Source: Nitrospinales bacterium
GTDB taxonomy: Bacteria; Nitrospinota; Nitrospinia; Nitrospinales; VA-1
Direction of reading: 5' to 3'
NCBI GenBank assembly: GCA_965223795.1
Contig: CBDCXL010000002.1
Location: forward strand, 1,504,001 to 1,568,000
DNA: 64,000 bases
Below, piece after piece: positions 1 to 8,967 of this stretch. A model generated the notes under the pieces. The model was not told the origin of the DNA, did not search any database, and saw only the letters and a program-made list of their open reading frames with translations. The first letter of the stretch is position 1; the number at the start of each line of letters is the position of its first letter. A program made the position numbers and the translations under genes.

Positions 1-540
1 GCCGGCGAAACCGCCCATGGAGCTGAAGATGACGGTGACCGTGCCCGCAACGAGAATCGTTTCAAGCGGACTGGTGCCCAGCATCACCGCGCCGATTTTG
101 ATCGCCGCGAGCGATACGGTCGCCATCACCACGACATTGAAAAACACGCCGAGGTACACCGCGCGGAACGCCCGCACCGCCATCGCCGATCTACCGCTGT
201 AACGCAGCTCGTAAAACTCCAGATCCGTCACCACTCCGGAACGGCGCCACAGTTTCGCGTAAACGAACGTCGTCAGCATGCCCGTCAACAAAAACGCCCA
301 CCAGATCCAGTTTCCGGCAACGCCGTGATTGCGCACGATGTCCGTCACCAAAAGCGGCGTGTCGGCGGCAAAGGTGGTGGCCACCATGGATATCCCCAGC
401 AGCCACCAGGGCATGTTGCGGCCGGACAGAAAAAACGACTCCGCATTGCGGCCCGCCCGCTTGCTGACCCAGGCGCCGATGATCAACGAAACGGCGAAAA
501 ACAAGAGGACGATTAACCAGTCGATGCGTGTGAGTTGCAT
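1..540 (-). CDS. Sodium:solute symporter (SSS) family protein, 5' part (runs off the window)
   Basis: Not in the ORF track. Manual translation from ATG 540: MQLTRIDWLIVLLFFAVSLIIGAWVSKRAGRNAESFFLSGRNMPWWLLGISMVATTFAADTPL..., a typical SSS N-terminus. Confidence 0.9.
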   Translation of the reverse strand, partial: MQLTRIDWLIVLLFFAVSLIIGAWVSKRAGRNAESFFLSGRNMPWWLLGISMVATTFAADTPLLVTDIVRNHGVAGNWIWWAFLLTGMLTTFVYAKLWRRSGVVTDLEFYELRYSGRSAMAVRAFRAVYLGVFFNVVVMATVSLAAIKIGAVMLGTSPLETILVAGTVTVIFSSMGGFAG

Positions 541-785
541 GGCCTGCTCGTCTATCGTTTGTGGTGCCGGCCACGCACGTCCCGGAAATTTAAAAGAACG
601 AAAAAGGGGCCGCGCACTGCGCGCGCGCAGCAAGCACCGGACAGGATTGCCGGGAAAAAAGACTCCGCCCGTCCTTATACTAGCTGGCGCGAATTTCTTC
701 CAAACAAAAGTGGGAGGATGTATGGATTCAAAAAGATAAAGAAAGGAAAGCGGGAGGGGGTCACATCAGCGGATGCACTGATTGG

Positions 786-832
786 ATGGAGCCAGCGGAC
801 GGAATTGAACCGTCGACCTACTGATTACGAAT
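786..832 (-). repeat. att site: 47-bp direct repeat of the tRNA-Thr 3' half (distal island boundary)
   Basis: atggagccagcggacggaattgaaccgtcgacctactgattacgaat is identical to 12231-12277; identity ends just beyond the anticodon loop. Confidence 0.95.
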
Positions 833-961
833 GTGAATCCGCAGATTTTTGGAAGATTTTGATTTCAGGCTGGTTTCTCTTTTCTGTTTTATTTTCTAGA
901 GAGTTTTAGGTGCTCCATAGAATCCATTAGGTCCATAGATTCCGCCCTGGTGGGGAATTTC

Positions 962-981
962 TATCATAGTTTTATCATAGC
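962..981. repeat. Putative integrase arm-type binding site (left)
   Basis: tatcatagttttatcatagc; 19/20 identical to 12168-12187, itself a tandem TATCATA repeat. Confidence 0.7.
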
Positions 982-1211
982 TGAAATCACTTACAGGGTA
1001 TCAGGATATATTACCTTAAATCAGAGTCCAAAATTCCAAGCCAACGATCGCAGGCGAGAGGTGCCTTAAAGACCTTTAAGGTCAAACGTTTTCCGATTTT
1101 GGGAATGATCCAGAACAACCTTATCATTCAGTCAATCAAAGAGACATTTAAATTAAGGAGCCTCCACACTATGGCCTTTTTGAAAAATAACTCACACTTT
1201 TTAGTTAGCCA

Positions 1212-3173
1212 TTAATTTTTAAGAGACTTGTACTTTTCAGTGTATCGCAGAACAGTCCAAACAAAGGCGGAATGACTCCAAGTGAGAGGCGACACACAAA
1301 GAGGTGAACCGTTTACAGGATGTACTTGCTCGGCAAGCACTCCGGAAGGAAGGGCATTTTTCCCACACCATTCAAGATAAGGAAGGGTCGCTTGAAGTTG
1401 CTGCTGACTCTCTGCTTGATCGATATAATATTCCGCCAGCCAAAGTGTTGAGATAAACCATGGATTTCCGGGAATGTCTTTTGGGCTATCCTCCGCACGC
1501 TGATAGACATCACCCTGGTATCTGGCGCAACCTCCAACAGAAGTTTTAAGCCACAACTGCTCGCGCACAGCTGTGGCTGTTTCAATCATTCGCGGATCTT
1601 TAGGGTCCAAAATCCCAAGAGTTGCCAAGCTCAACAGACTGATGTCAATGACTTCATCAAGTTTATAGCCCTTATCCACTCTGGAGCCTGAACGGGCAAA
1701 ACGATTCAGGCCGTCATGGTAAAGGTGCTGGTTGATTCCTCCAGTCATTTCATCGGCCACGGAGTCATATTTCTCAGCCAGGGAAGTGTCTTGAAAAAGA
1801 TTCGCAAAATTCGCAGCGGCTCTGAGACCGGCTATCACGGATGCAACCGTATAGGCGTGCAGTGCATATCGCTCTTCCCAAAGATCATAGGAAGGTAAAG
1901 GCAACAACGTTTGAGGGTCCCGGTAACTGACTAAAAAGTCTGCCGATTTTTTAATCAGCGTGCCGTAGAGGGGCCTGATAAATTCTACGTCATTCAAACT
2001 CTGGTAGTGTATCCAAAGCGCCCAAAGAGTCAAAGCGGTTGAATCTTCCTGGATGGGAAGGACCTCTTTGCCAGCGACCAACCATGAATGCCAATTACTT
2101 GCAAGGGATCCATCCGGATTGTAATGCTGGAATAAATAGCCTTCATCGGATAAAACTCGGGCGCAAAAGTCAAAATATTTCATGCACGCATGCGAGTACC
2201 CGGCTTTAGCTAAAGCGGCGGCGACAAAAGCACCATCCCGCCCCCACATATACGAATAAGTGTCTTTTCCAAAGCGTATAATATCAGAATCATTGGCGGC
2301 AATAATGGCACCGTGGTTGTCAATTTGTGTTCTCAATATAAGCAGACTTCGGCTAAATACGTCGGTCACGGATTTGGGAAGGCATAGAAACTCCCGGGAA
2401 TCGTTATGTACCCAAGTTTTCCAGTATTTCGACGAGCGGTTGAAGAGTTCTTCCGGCGTGGTTTTGTGGACTTCCAGATTTAGCTTTGCGACTTCGGGAT
2501 ATCTCGTGCCCGCCGTTATCCAATAATAAGCGGTCGTTTTCCCCTTGGCGGGCAATTCCAGCCAGATGCCAATGGTGGAATGAGGCGAGCCCCATGCGGA
2601 GGCTTCCCCGCTAAGTTCCCCGTTCTCTGCCTCTTTAACGGTCTCCAAACTTTCCGAAGTCTTTCTATTTCCGCAGGCAAAATGTTTCACCCCCCATTGG
2701 TCGTGTGCCCAACAGCTGATCAGAAAATACCGGTGCATTTTATAATGGATGAGCGAACAACTCCGGGGATCAAAATAAGCCGTGCCTCCAATGTCATTCC
2801 CATAAAGATAGAAGTCATGACTGAAAAAGAGCCGGACTTTACGGGGTTTGTCTTTGAGGTTGGACACCTCGATCTTTTTGAGGTAGATGTTCAAATCCAA
2901 ATCCACCACATCCGAGCATCGGAGCTCCAAGCCCAAAGCCTCATTTTTTAGAACAACATCCGTCACAAGACTATCATTATGATATCTTAAATCTTTTTTC
3001 CATTCCGGTCCCATCCACGAATGTTGTCCATCCGCCCAAACGCCGAAGCGGAAAGGATTTCCGCTTGAATGGTTTTCCTGCCCGATAAATGGGAAATAAA
3101 TGTCTCGGATCTGATAATCCGAATCAAAATTCAAATGAAAGGACCCATTACTTACGGGGATGTCTTTAGGCAT
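1212..3173 (-). CDS. Glycoside hydrolase family 15 (glucoamylase-like)
   Basis: 653 aa; YSYMWGRDG, YDLWEE and LAEQV...PLTWSH motifs of GH15. Confidence 0.9.
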   Translation of the reverse strand: MPKDIPVSNGSFHLNFDSDYQIRDIYFPFIGQENHSSGNPFRFGVWADGQHSWMGPEWKKDLRYHNDSLVTDVVLKNEALGLELRCSDVVDLDLNIYLKKIEVSNLKDKPRKVRLFFSHDFYLYGNDIGGTAYFDPRSCSLIHYKMHRYFLISCWAHDQWGVKHFACGNRKTSESLETVKEAENGELSGEASAWGSPHSTIGIWLELPAKGKTTAYYWITAGTRYPEVAKLNLEVHKTTPEELFNRSSKYWKTWVHNDSREFLCLPKSVTDVFSRSLLILRTQIDNHGAIIAANDSDIIRFGKDTYSYMWGRDGAFVAAALAKAGYSHACMKYFDFCARVLSDEGYLFQHYNPDGSLASNWHSWLVAGKEVLPIQEDSTALTLWALWIHYQSLNDVEFIRPLYGTLIKKSADFLVSYRDPQTLLPLPSYDLWEERYALHAYTVASVIAGLRAAANFANLFQDTSLAEKYDSVADEMTGGINQHLYHDGLNRFARSGSRVDKGYKLDEVIDISLLSLATLGILDPKDPRMIETATAVREQLWLKTSVGGCARYQGDVYQRAEDSPKDIPGNPWFISTLWLAEYYIDQAESQQQLQATLPYLEWCGKNALPSGVLAEQVHPVNGSPLCVSPLTWSHSAFVWTVLRYTEKYKSLKN

Positions 3174-4327
3174 AAAGTCTTTTCATCTCCAATCCATTGA
3201 TACAGCTTGGAATATCTTTCCGCCATACTGGCGATTGAGAAATTATCTTTAATGTGTTTACGGCAGTAATTGGGATCGATTAGTTGAATTGCTCTTACGG
3301 CCCTGATCATGTCATTGATTGAATCCACGACGAAGCCCGTTTTCCCATGAATAACGATTTCTGGCACCGATCCATTACGAAAGGCCAACACCGGAGTGCC
3401 GCAGGCCATGGATTCAATCAACACTAGCCCAAACGGTTCGCCCCACTGAATAGGAAAGAGAGTCGCCCGCGCGTGCTGATACCACATCTTTTTCTGAACG
3501 CTATCAACTTCTCCGATATAAATGATCTGCTTGTCTGAATCTAGAATGGGTTTCATGATTCTTTCATAATAATCGCTACCGGCGGAAGGTATTTCAGCAT
3601 CAACCACAAGGTCGAATGATTTATTTAATTGCCTGAAAAATGCCCGGTCTTTTGCCTTATTCTGGACATTGCCGGCAAGGATCAGCCTGGAACCAGATTT
3701 TTTCGCAATCTCAATGGCCTTGTCCTGTCCTTTATCTTGGGTGATTCTGCCGATCGAGAATAAATAGTCTTGTTTGCCGGTATTGCTTTTGAATGGATAG
3801 TCTTCCACATCAATGCCGTGATGAATGACTTTCTGCGCGTTGACTAACCCTTGATGCTGCTTTCTCTGGAATTCACTTATTGGGACAAAATATGCGCTGG
3901 AAGAAGAATCGAGCGTTTTATTCCAACGCGAGAATCCTTCATGGTCTTCTGCAGGAACATGGAGCGTCATCACTATGGGAACGGGACTTTTGCAAACTCC
4001 ATTAAAAATATATTCAGTCATGTCGGCATCGTGCATGTGAATGACATCAATGTCACCCTTTTGTGCTCTTTCAAGTGACATGACAATATGTTTGCGCATA
4101 TATTCCTGCTTCACGCGTGTGTCCGTCGTGCAGTACTCACTGAAACTATTTTCAATCGTCGTGAACTGTTCTCCAACAACACGGGAATCCCCTGAACAGG
4201 CAACAATCGAACGGTGACCTAATTTATGCAGCCCCTTATCGATGTTGTAAATAACCGTTTCGATAGGACCGTAACCCAAATCCTGCCTGATGGGCCGGTT
4301 TAGGGTTGCTATATGGAGCACATTCAT
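3152..4327 (-). CDS. Glycosyltransferase family 4
   Basis: GT-B signature WGEPFGLVLIESMACGTPV; overlaps the GH15 start (translational coupling). Confidence 0.9.
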   Translation of the reverse strand: MNVLHIATLNRPIRQDLGYGPIETVIYNIDKGLHKLGHRSIVACSGDSRVVGEQFTTIENSFSEYCTTDTRVKQEYMRKHIVMSLERAQKGDIDVIHMHDADMTEYIFNGVCKSPVPIVMTLHVPAEDHEGFSRWNKTLDSSSSAYFVPISEFQRKQHQGLVNAQKVIHHGIDVEDYPFKSNTGKQDYLFSIGRITQDKGQDKAIEIAKKSGSRLILAGNVQNKAKDRAFFRQLNKSFDLVVDAEIPSAGSDYYERIMKPILDSDKQIIYIGEVDSVQKKMWYQHARATLFPIQWGEPFGLVLIESMACGTPVLAFRNGSVPEIVIHGKTGFVVDSINDMIRAVRAIQLIDPNYCRKHIKDNFSIASMAERYSKLYQWIGDEKTLCLKTSP

Positions 4328-4343
4328 CTTTTCTCCTTTTTAT

Positions 4344-4380
4344 AAAAAGAAAAAGGGCTCGGCCATTTGGCCGAGCCCTT
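4344..4380 (-). terminator. Intrinsic terminator after the csp gene
   Basis: Perfect 12-bp stem aagggctcggcc/ggccgagccctt followed by a U-rich run on the minus strand. Confidence 0.8.
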
Positions 4381-4448
4381 ACACATAAATATGGGGCGGA
4401 GGAGACTCCGGCAGAGCCAAATTTCTGCCGGATGATGCCCGGAGGTTC

Positions 4449-4649
4449 TTATTTGGATGCCACCTTGGTGGCCTGTGGTCCTTTTGGGCCCTCACCTTCC
4501 TCGAACTCGACCGACTGACCTTCTGCAAGTGTCTTAAAACCGTCCCCTTGAATTTCGGAGTAATGAACAAAGAAATCTTTACCGCTCTCGGATTCAATGA
4601 ATCCATAACCCTTGCCTTCGTTAAACCATTTTACCGTTCCTGTTGACAT
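4449..4649 (-). CDS. cspA: Cold-shock protein (CspA family)
   Basis: 66 aa; GTVKWFN, KGYGFI (RNP1), FFVHYS (RNP2), KGPQA. Confidence 0.97.
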   Translation of the reverse strand: MSTGTVKWFNEGKGYGFIESESGKDFFVHYSEIQGDGFKTLAEGQSVEFEEGEGPKGPQATKVASK

Positions 4650-5119
4650 AATATTTATTCTCCTGCAATTGATTGGGAATGCACTTCCAGAAAATCCGGA
4701 TAATGTTTACCCTGTTCTAAAATTGGGTTGGATGGAGGCAGGAACTTTTAGAGAACCACTTCGAGGAAAACAAAGCTTCCCTTGGTCTGCTAGGCCAAAT
4801 GGTATTTACAGCTCTTCTCTAGGCGAGAAACTAGAAGGAATCAACTACACTGCAACTGAGCAACCCTTCTTTACTTAATCAGCATAGCATGGATACTGGA
4901 AATGCCCTAATTTTATATCAAAAATGGGAAATTGAAACGAGCAAATTCAACCGAATTCACTGTCTTTCTCTACCAATGGCTGACTTATGGAGAACATTAA
5001 AAATAAATAATATAACTCTCCTTGTTATCTTGACTGAGAAGCGTACCCTGAAATTACCTTCCTATTGGTAACTCTCTCAGTGGAAGACTTCAAAAAATCG
5101 TAAAGGACATTATATTTCT

Positions 5120-5148
5120 GCCACTCCTTTTTGGAGTGGCTTTTTTTT
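5120..5148 (+). terminator. Intrinsic terminator-like hairpin
   Basis: gccactcc-ttttt-ggagtggc followed by T8. Confidence 0.7.
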
Positions 5149-5193
5149 CGCCCGTTAATTCAGGGAATAAACATGTTAATGCGAGGTGATTTT

Positions 5194-5358
5194 ATGAATG
5201 AAGTTAAGGTGTACGACAGTTCCGGAATTTTAAAAAAAGTGATCTCGGTAGAAAAATTGAACATCCGGTCGCTAAAGCAATTGGAGACACCTGCTAATTT
5301 CAGGAGAAAAAAAGGAAAAGGAAAGTCATGGTTAAAATCCATTAGCAGTCAAAAATAG
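5194..5358 (+). CDS. Small basic hypothetical protein (54 aa)
   Basis: RBS gaggtg before ATG; MNEVKVYDSSGILKKVISVEKL... Confidence 0.55.
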   Translation: MNEVKVYDSSGILKKVISVEKLNIRSLKQLETPANFRRKKGKGKSWLKSISSQK

Positions 5359-5393
5359 CCTGGAACATCATGCTCTTATAATTTGGAGGTCGT

Positions 5394-5586
5394 TTTATTC
5401 AAGCAATCGTTTGTCAAAATCAGGTCGATCAAGCGTTGAAAGTTTTTTAAACACCAACTCAATAAGGAAGATTTATTTAAAGAACTTAAACGCAGGCGCT
5501 TATTTATGAAATCTCACATCAAGAAAAAACAAAAGATTAAAAAAGCAAAACAGGCTATGTGGTGTGCAAGGTCTTCCCGGCATTAA
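5394..5586 (+). pseudogene. rpsU: Ribosomal protein bS21 paralog, frameshifted
   Basis: RBS ggaggt at 5385; IQAIVCQNQVDQALKV / KHQLNKEDLFKELKRRRLFMKSHIKKKQK matches the bS21 pattern (VDQALRxLKxxLxKEGLFxELKRRR.YEKPS). One extra T in the T6 run at 5443-5448 creates TAA; no canonical start codon. Confidence 0.8.
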
Positions 5587-5661
5587 TGCAAATAGAATAA
5601 TCGGTGGAATCATTCTGGGCAGGTCGCAGTTCCACACCTTAAACTAGTATCGGAGAAAACG

Positions 5662-5973
5662 ATGACCCTAAATCGCAATATAAAATTTTTGATGATTCTT
5701 TTAATAGGTGTTTTATTATTTAATGGGTTAAATCCATTGATTCAGCCTCCTGACGTGGATGCAAAGGAAGTTACCGCAATCTCTGGAGACAATAATGATT
5801 CCGACTGTTCTTTGGCCATGAAAAACTCGATCAAAAGTCTTGACGAAGTAAACAATGTGAAAAGATTGTTGGGCTACATCGAATCCTCGGTCAATGACAT
5901 CCAATTAACCGTTAAGGGGATTGACCGGAAAATGAATGCGCTGCCTTCCTTTAAGTCAACGAAAAATAGTTGA
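5662..5973 (+). CDS. Hypothetical exported protein
   Basis: RBS ggag, hydrophobic N-terminus, coiled-coil-like C-terminus. Confidence 0.6.
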   Translation: MTLNRNIKFLMILLIGVLLFNGLNPLIQPPDVDAKEVTAISGDNNDSDCSLAMKNSIKSLDEVNNVKRLLGYIESSVNDIQLTVKGIDRKMNALPSFKSTKNS

Positions 5974-6036
5974 TACCATCCTTCCGCAAGTGGAGGTTAT
6001 TTTGCGCGAAGGAGAACTATTCTCAAAGAGGGCAAG

Positions 6037-6207
6037 ATGGAATTTCAGGCTTTTTATATCCTGGTCACTTCAATGATTCTTAATTTTATTGTATTAGGAA
6101 TTTCCCTGAACCGGCCAAACTCCTTTTTCCCTGTCAGCCTTTCAGCTATTTCGATTTCTCTGCAAGGATACGCATTGCGGCTGATCGCCATCAACTCGAT
6201 AGTCTGA
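6037..6207 (+). CDS. Small hydrophobic protein (56 aa, about 2 TM)
   Basis: Manual translation MEFQAFYILVTSMILNFIVLGISLNRPNSFFPVSLSAISISLQGYALRLIAINSIV; purine-rich RBS. Confidence 0.4.
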   Translation: MEFQAFYILVTSMILNFIVLGISLNRPNSFFPVSLSAISISLQGYALRLIAINSIV

Positions 6208-6468
6208 AGAATTATTGAGCACAAGTCATTAATTGAATGGACCAGAGGGTGTTTTTTCTAATATGAAATAAATCATGTTTAAGAGAAATATATGCTAATT
6301 AATAAACCCCTTCAGTCATGAATAGCATCTTACTATTATTGAATTTAATTTTAAAAAAAATCGACTTATGTGAGGAAACCGGCATGAGCTTAATTCAATA
6401 AAGATACTCATGGACCCAGCATGCTAGTCATGCTGTTTAGATATGGTATATGTTCAGGAGATATTATT

Positions 6469-6603
6469 ATGGATGCAACTATGTTAATGGCAGGCCTAAC
6501 AGGAATTACCGTGATGGGCATTCTTGTTATTACTCTAATAGATTGCTGGCCCAATCCAATAGGACTTCTAAAATTGGCGTGGGTCAAATATCAAAATAAC
6601 TGA
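6469..6603 (+). CDS. Small single-TM protein (44 aa)
   Basis: RBS caggag; MDATMLMAGLTGITVMGILVITLIDCWPNPIGLLKLAWVKYQNN. Confidence 0.45.
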   Translation: MDATMLMAGLTGITVMGILVITLIDCWPNPIGLLKLAWVKYQNN

Positions 6604-6714
6604 TCTCCCTCCCACTTAGTTGATGAATTTTGCCTGTAGAGTTGAAGAAGACATTTTTTCTTCTCCGCCTTTACAGGCAATCAACTACCAACCTTTATAT
6701 GGAGGGTATTAAAA

Positions 6715-6942
6715 ATGACCGAATCCACAAAAACAGAGAAAGAGGTTTTGCAAGAATTAATTGACAATTTCACCCAGCTAGCGGAGGAGGCTGAAAAACG
6801 CAGAAAAACTGCTGGCACAAAATTTGAGTATTATAAATTAGAGTTTGCTGATGGAGAAAAACATGCCTATGAAGATGCCGTGAAAAAATTAAAAGCGGTC
6901 TTGAATAATGGTCCGCAGGCCACCAAGGTGGTATCCCAATAA
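6715..6942 (+). CDS. Hypothetical helical protein ending in a Csp-derived C-terminus
   Basis: RBS ggagg; last residues GPQATKVVSQ versus Csp [10 protein letters not shown]. Confidence 0.65.
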   Translation: MTESTKTEKEVLQELIDNFTQLAEEAEKRRKTAGTKFEYYKLEFADGEKHAYEDAVKKLKAVLNNGPQATKVVSQ

Positions 6943-7040
6943 GAATCTCCGGATATCCTCCGGCAGAACTTTAAATCTGCCGGATTCTTCTTAGTTTCAT
7001 ATTTGTGCAAAAGAGCCAGGCCAATTGGCAATGTTCTTTT
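6910..7040 (+). repeat. Diverged inverted copy of the csp 3' end and 3' UTR (partner 4350-4481)
   Basis: ggtccgcaggccaccaaggtggtatcccaataagaatctccggatatcctccggcaga versus the reverse complement of 4481 downward, ggaccacaggccaccaaggtggcatccaaataagaacctccgggcatcatccggcaga. Confidence 0.85.
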
Positions 7041-7233
7041 TCCATTTAGCGGATATCCTCCGGGGTAACAAACAAATCTTTTTTTCGCAGGCGTCTTATG
7101 CGGCAATCGACGCAGAATTTTAGGATGTTTACTTGGATCCGTATAAACACAGCTTGCGCCAACCAGACAAACCCCCTTAAACAATCTATAAACCTTCCTC
7201 CCCTAAAAAGCGTCTCAACAATGCCACCGGATA

Positions 7234-8613
7234 ATGAAACATTTTTCAGAAGCAGAAAATATGAATGAAGATAAGCCGGTAAATATAAAACATCCTCGAC
7301 TCCCCCCGGAATTCGTAGATTGGCTGACCAATCCGTTGACACGATTCTTGCGCATTGAGGTCGCTTCCGGTTCCGTTCTTCTGCTTTTTACCATTGCAGC
7401 GTTGGTTCTATCAAACTTACCCTGGGGCCATCATTTTCTTGAAGCCTGGGAAACACCTGTGGGCATTCAGTTCGGCTCGTTGGAATTCACCCGTTCGATA
7501 CGGGAATGGATCAACGATGCTTTAATGACCTTGTTTTTTTTCCTTGTCGCCCTGGAACTTAAGCGGGAACTGGTACTGGGTGAACTACGCAACCCACGTA
7601 TGGCTGCGCTGTCCATCATGGCTGCCTTGGGTGGAATGCTCGTGCCTGCCGTCTTTTACCTGATACTACAATCAGGTCAACCAGGCCAAAATGGTTGGGG
7701 AACAGTGATGGCGACCGACACCGCTTTTGTTATCGGTTGTCTGGCGCTGTTGGGCTCGCGCATCCCTCAAAGTCTGCGCGTATTTATGCTTTCGTTGGCA
7801 ATTGTTGACGATATGGGTGCCATTCTTGTTGTAGCCCTTGGCTACGGTAGTCATATCAGTTGGGAGGCGCTTGCTCTGGCCGTAGTTGGTTTCGCCATAG
7901 TACGCGGAATGGCACTTCTCGGCGTTCGCAGCATTGCGATTTATTTTCTCGTGGGTGGTCTCATCTGGCTTGCTATGGATGCGTCCGGAATCCACCCGAC
8001 CGTTACCGGCGTTATTCTTGGCTTGATGACACCCACCGGAAGATGGGTTAGCGACAGACGCTTGCATGCCATCTTAGATCGAGTGGTTGCGTATCCACCC
8101 GGTAACCACTGGAGTGGTGATTCAGAGGATCGCAAGGCATTGCGAATGGCGGAGGTTGCGGCGCGTGAAACGCTGTCTCCAGTGGAACAGCTGGAGTTGA
8201 TGCTGCACCCGTGGGTCGCTTTTGCCATCATGCCGCTCTTTGCATTTGCAAATGCTGGTGTGTCAATATCTTTCGCCGATTTTGGAAGCTCCATCACAGT
8301 TGCTATGTTTGTGGGATTCGTGCTTGGCAAACCAATTGGTGTCCTGAGCTTTAGTTGGCTGGCAGTGCGCACGGGCATTGCGGTTTTCCCTCCGGATCTC
8401 AATTGGAGGTTACTGGCTGGCGGTGGTCTGCTCGCGGGTATCGGCTTTACCATGGCACTGTTTATTGCCAGCCTGGCTTTCAGCCCCAGCCTAATCAACA
8501 CCGCCAAATTGGGCATCTTGTTAGCATCGGTTTTTTCCGCAGTGGCTGGTGTTGTGCTGTTGAGCGTATGGTCTCATAGTGGAAAATATCCTAAAACCTC
8601 AAACGGATCGTAA
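7234..8613 (+). CDS. nhaA: Na+/H+ antiporter NhaA (start may be 7261)
   Basis: WINDALM..FF, LELKRE, ATDTAF, LAIVDD, PLFAFANAG, GKPIG, GIGFTMALFI. Confidence 0.96.
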   Translation: MKHFSEAENMNEDKPVNIKHPRLPPEFVDWLTNPLTRFLRIEVASGSVLLLFTIAALVLSNLPWGHHFLEAWETPVGIQFGSLEFTRSIREWINDALMTLFFFLVALELKRELVLGELRNPRMAALSIMAALGGMLVPAVFYLILQSGQPGQNGWGTVMATDTAFVIGCLALLGSRIPQSLRVFMLSLAIVDDMGAILVVALGYGSHISWEALALAVVGFAIVRGMALLGVRSIAIYFLVGGLIWLAMDASGIHPTVTGVILGLMTPTGRWVSDRRLHAILDRVVAYPPGNHWSGDSEDRKALRMAEVAARETLSPVEQLELMLHPWVAFAIMPLFAFANAGVSISFADFGSSITVAMFVGFVLGKPIGVLSFSWLAVRTGIAVFPPDLNWRLLAGGGLLAGIGFTMALFIASLAFSPSLINTAKLGILLASVFSAVAGVVLLSVWSHSGKYPKTSNGS

Positions 8614-8794
8614 GAGGCATACGCTATTCTCTTGCATCCGGTGACCTTCTTCCTTAAATCTTTACTCTTACAGGTTTAGTTTCTCGGCTGGATTACGTAT
8701 CTAACCTGGGAGAGAGGATTGTTGTTGGCTACATTTTGTCTACACTCCACGGAAAAAAGGCTACGGAAAAACCCGTAATCCTTTTTAAGTAAAA

Positions 8795-8833
8795 GTGGAA
8801 CTGAGGGGGACCGAATCCGTGACTTCTCGAATT
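8795..8833 (-). pseudogene. Degenerate tRNA 3'-half (tRNA-Ala-like), relic att site
   Basis: The reverse complement attcgagaagtcacggattcggtccccctcagttccac resembles a tRNA-Ala variable loop, T-arm and acceptor strand; preceded by the tandem repeat ctacattttgtctacact (8729-8746). Confidence 0.6.
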
Positions 8834-8967
8834 AATTTAATTATTGTCTTTTAGCTAAGTGGTTTTTAAAATAATTGGAAGAAATAGATCATAAAATTCG
8901 GTCCACAAATATTAAAATATTCCTCTTTGAATTGCAATAATTCAACATTAAGTTTCATCAAAACAAG

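Noticed and set aside
786..832. Second tRNA-Thr gene
   Set aside because: Only the 3' half is present; it is the att duplication
17..909. ORF-track ORFs 17-202, 191-574, 329-739 and 535-909
   Set aside because: Shadows of the minus-strand symporter, or they run across the att repeat; no protein-like features
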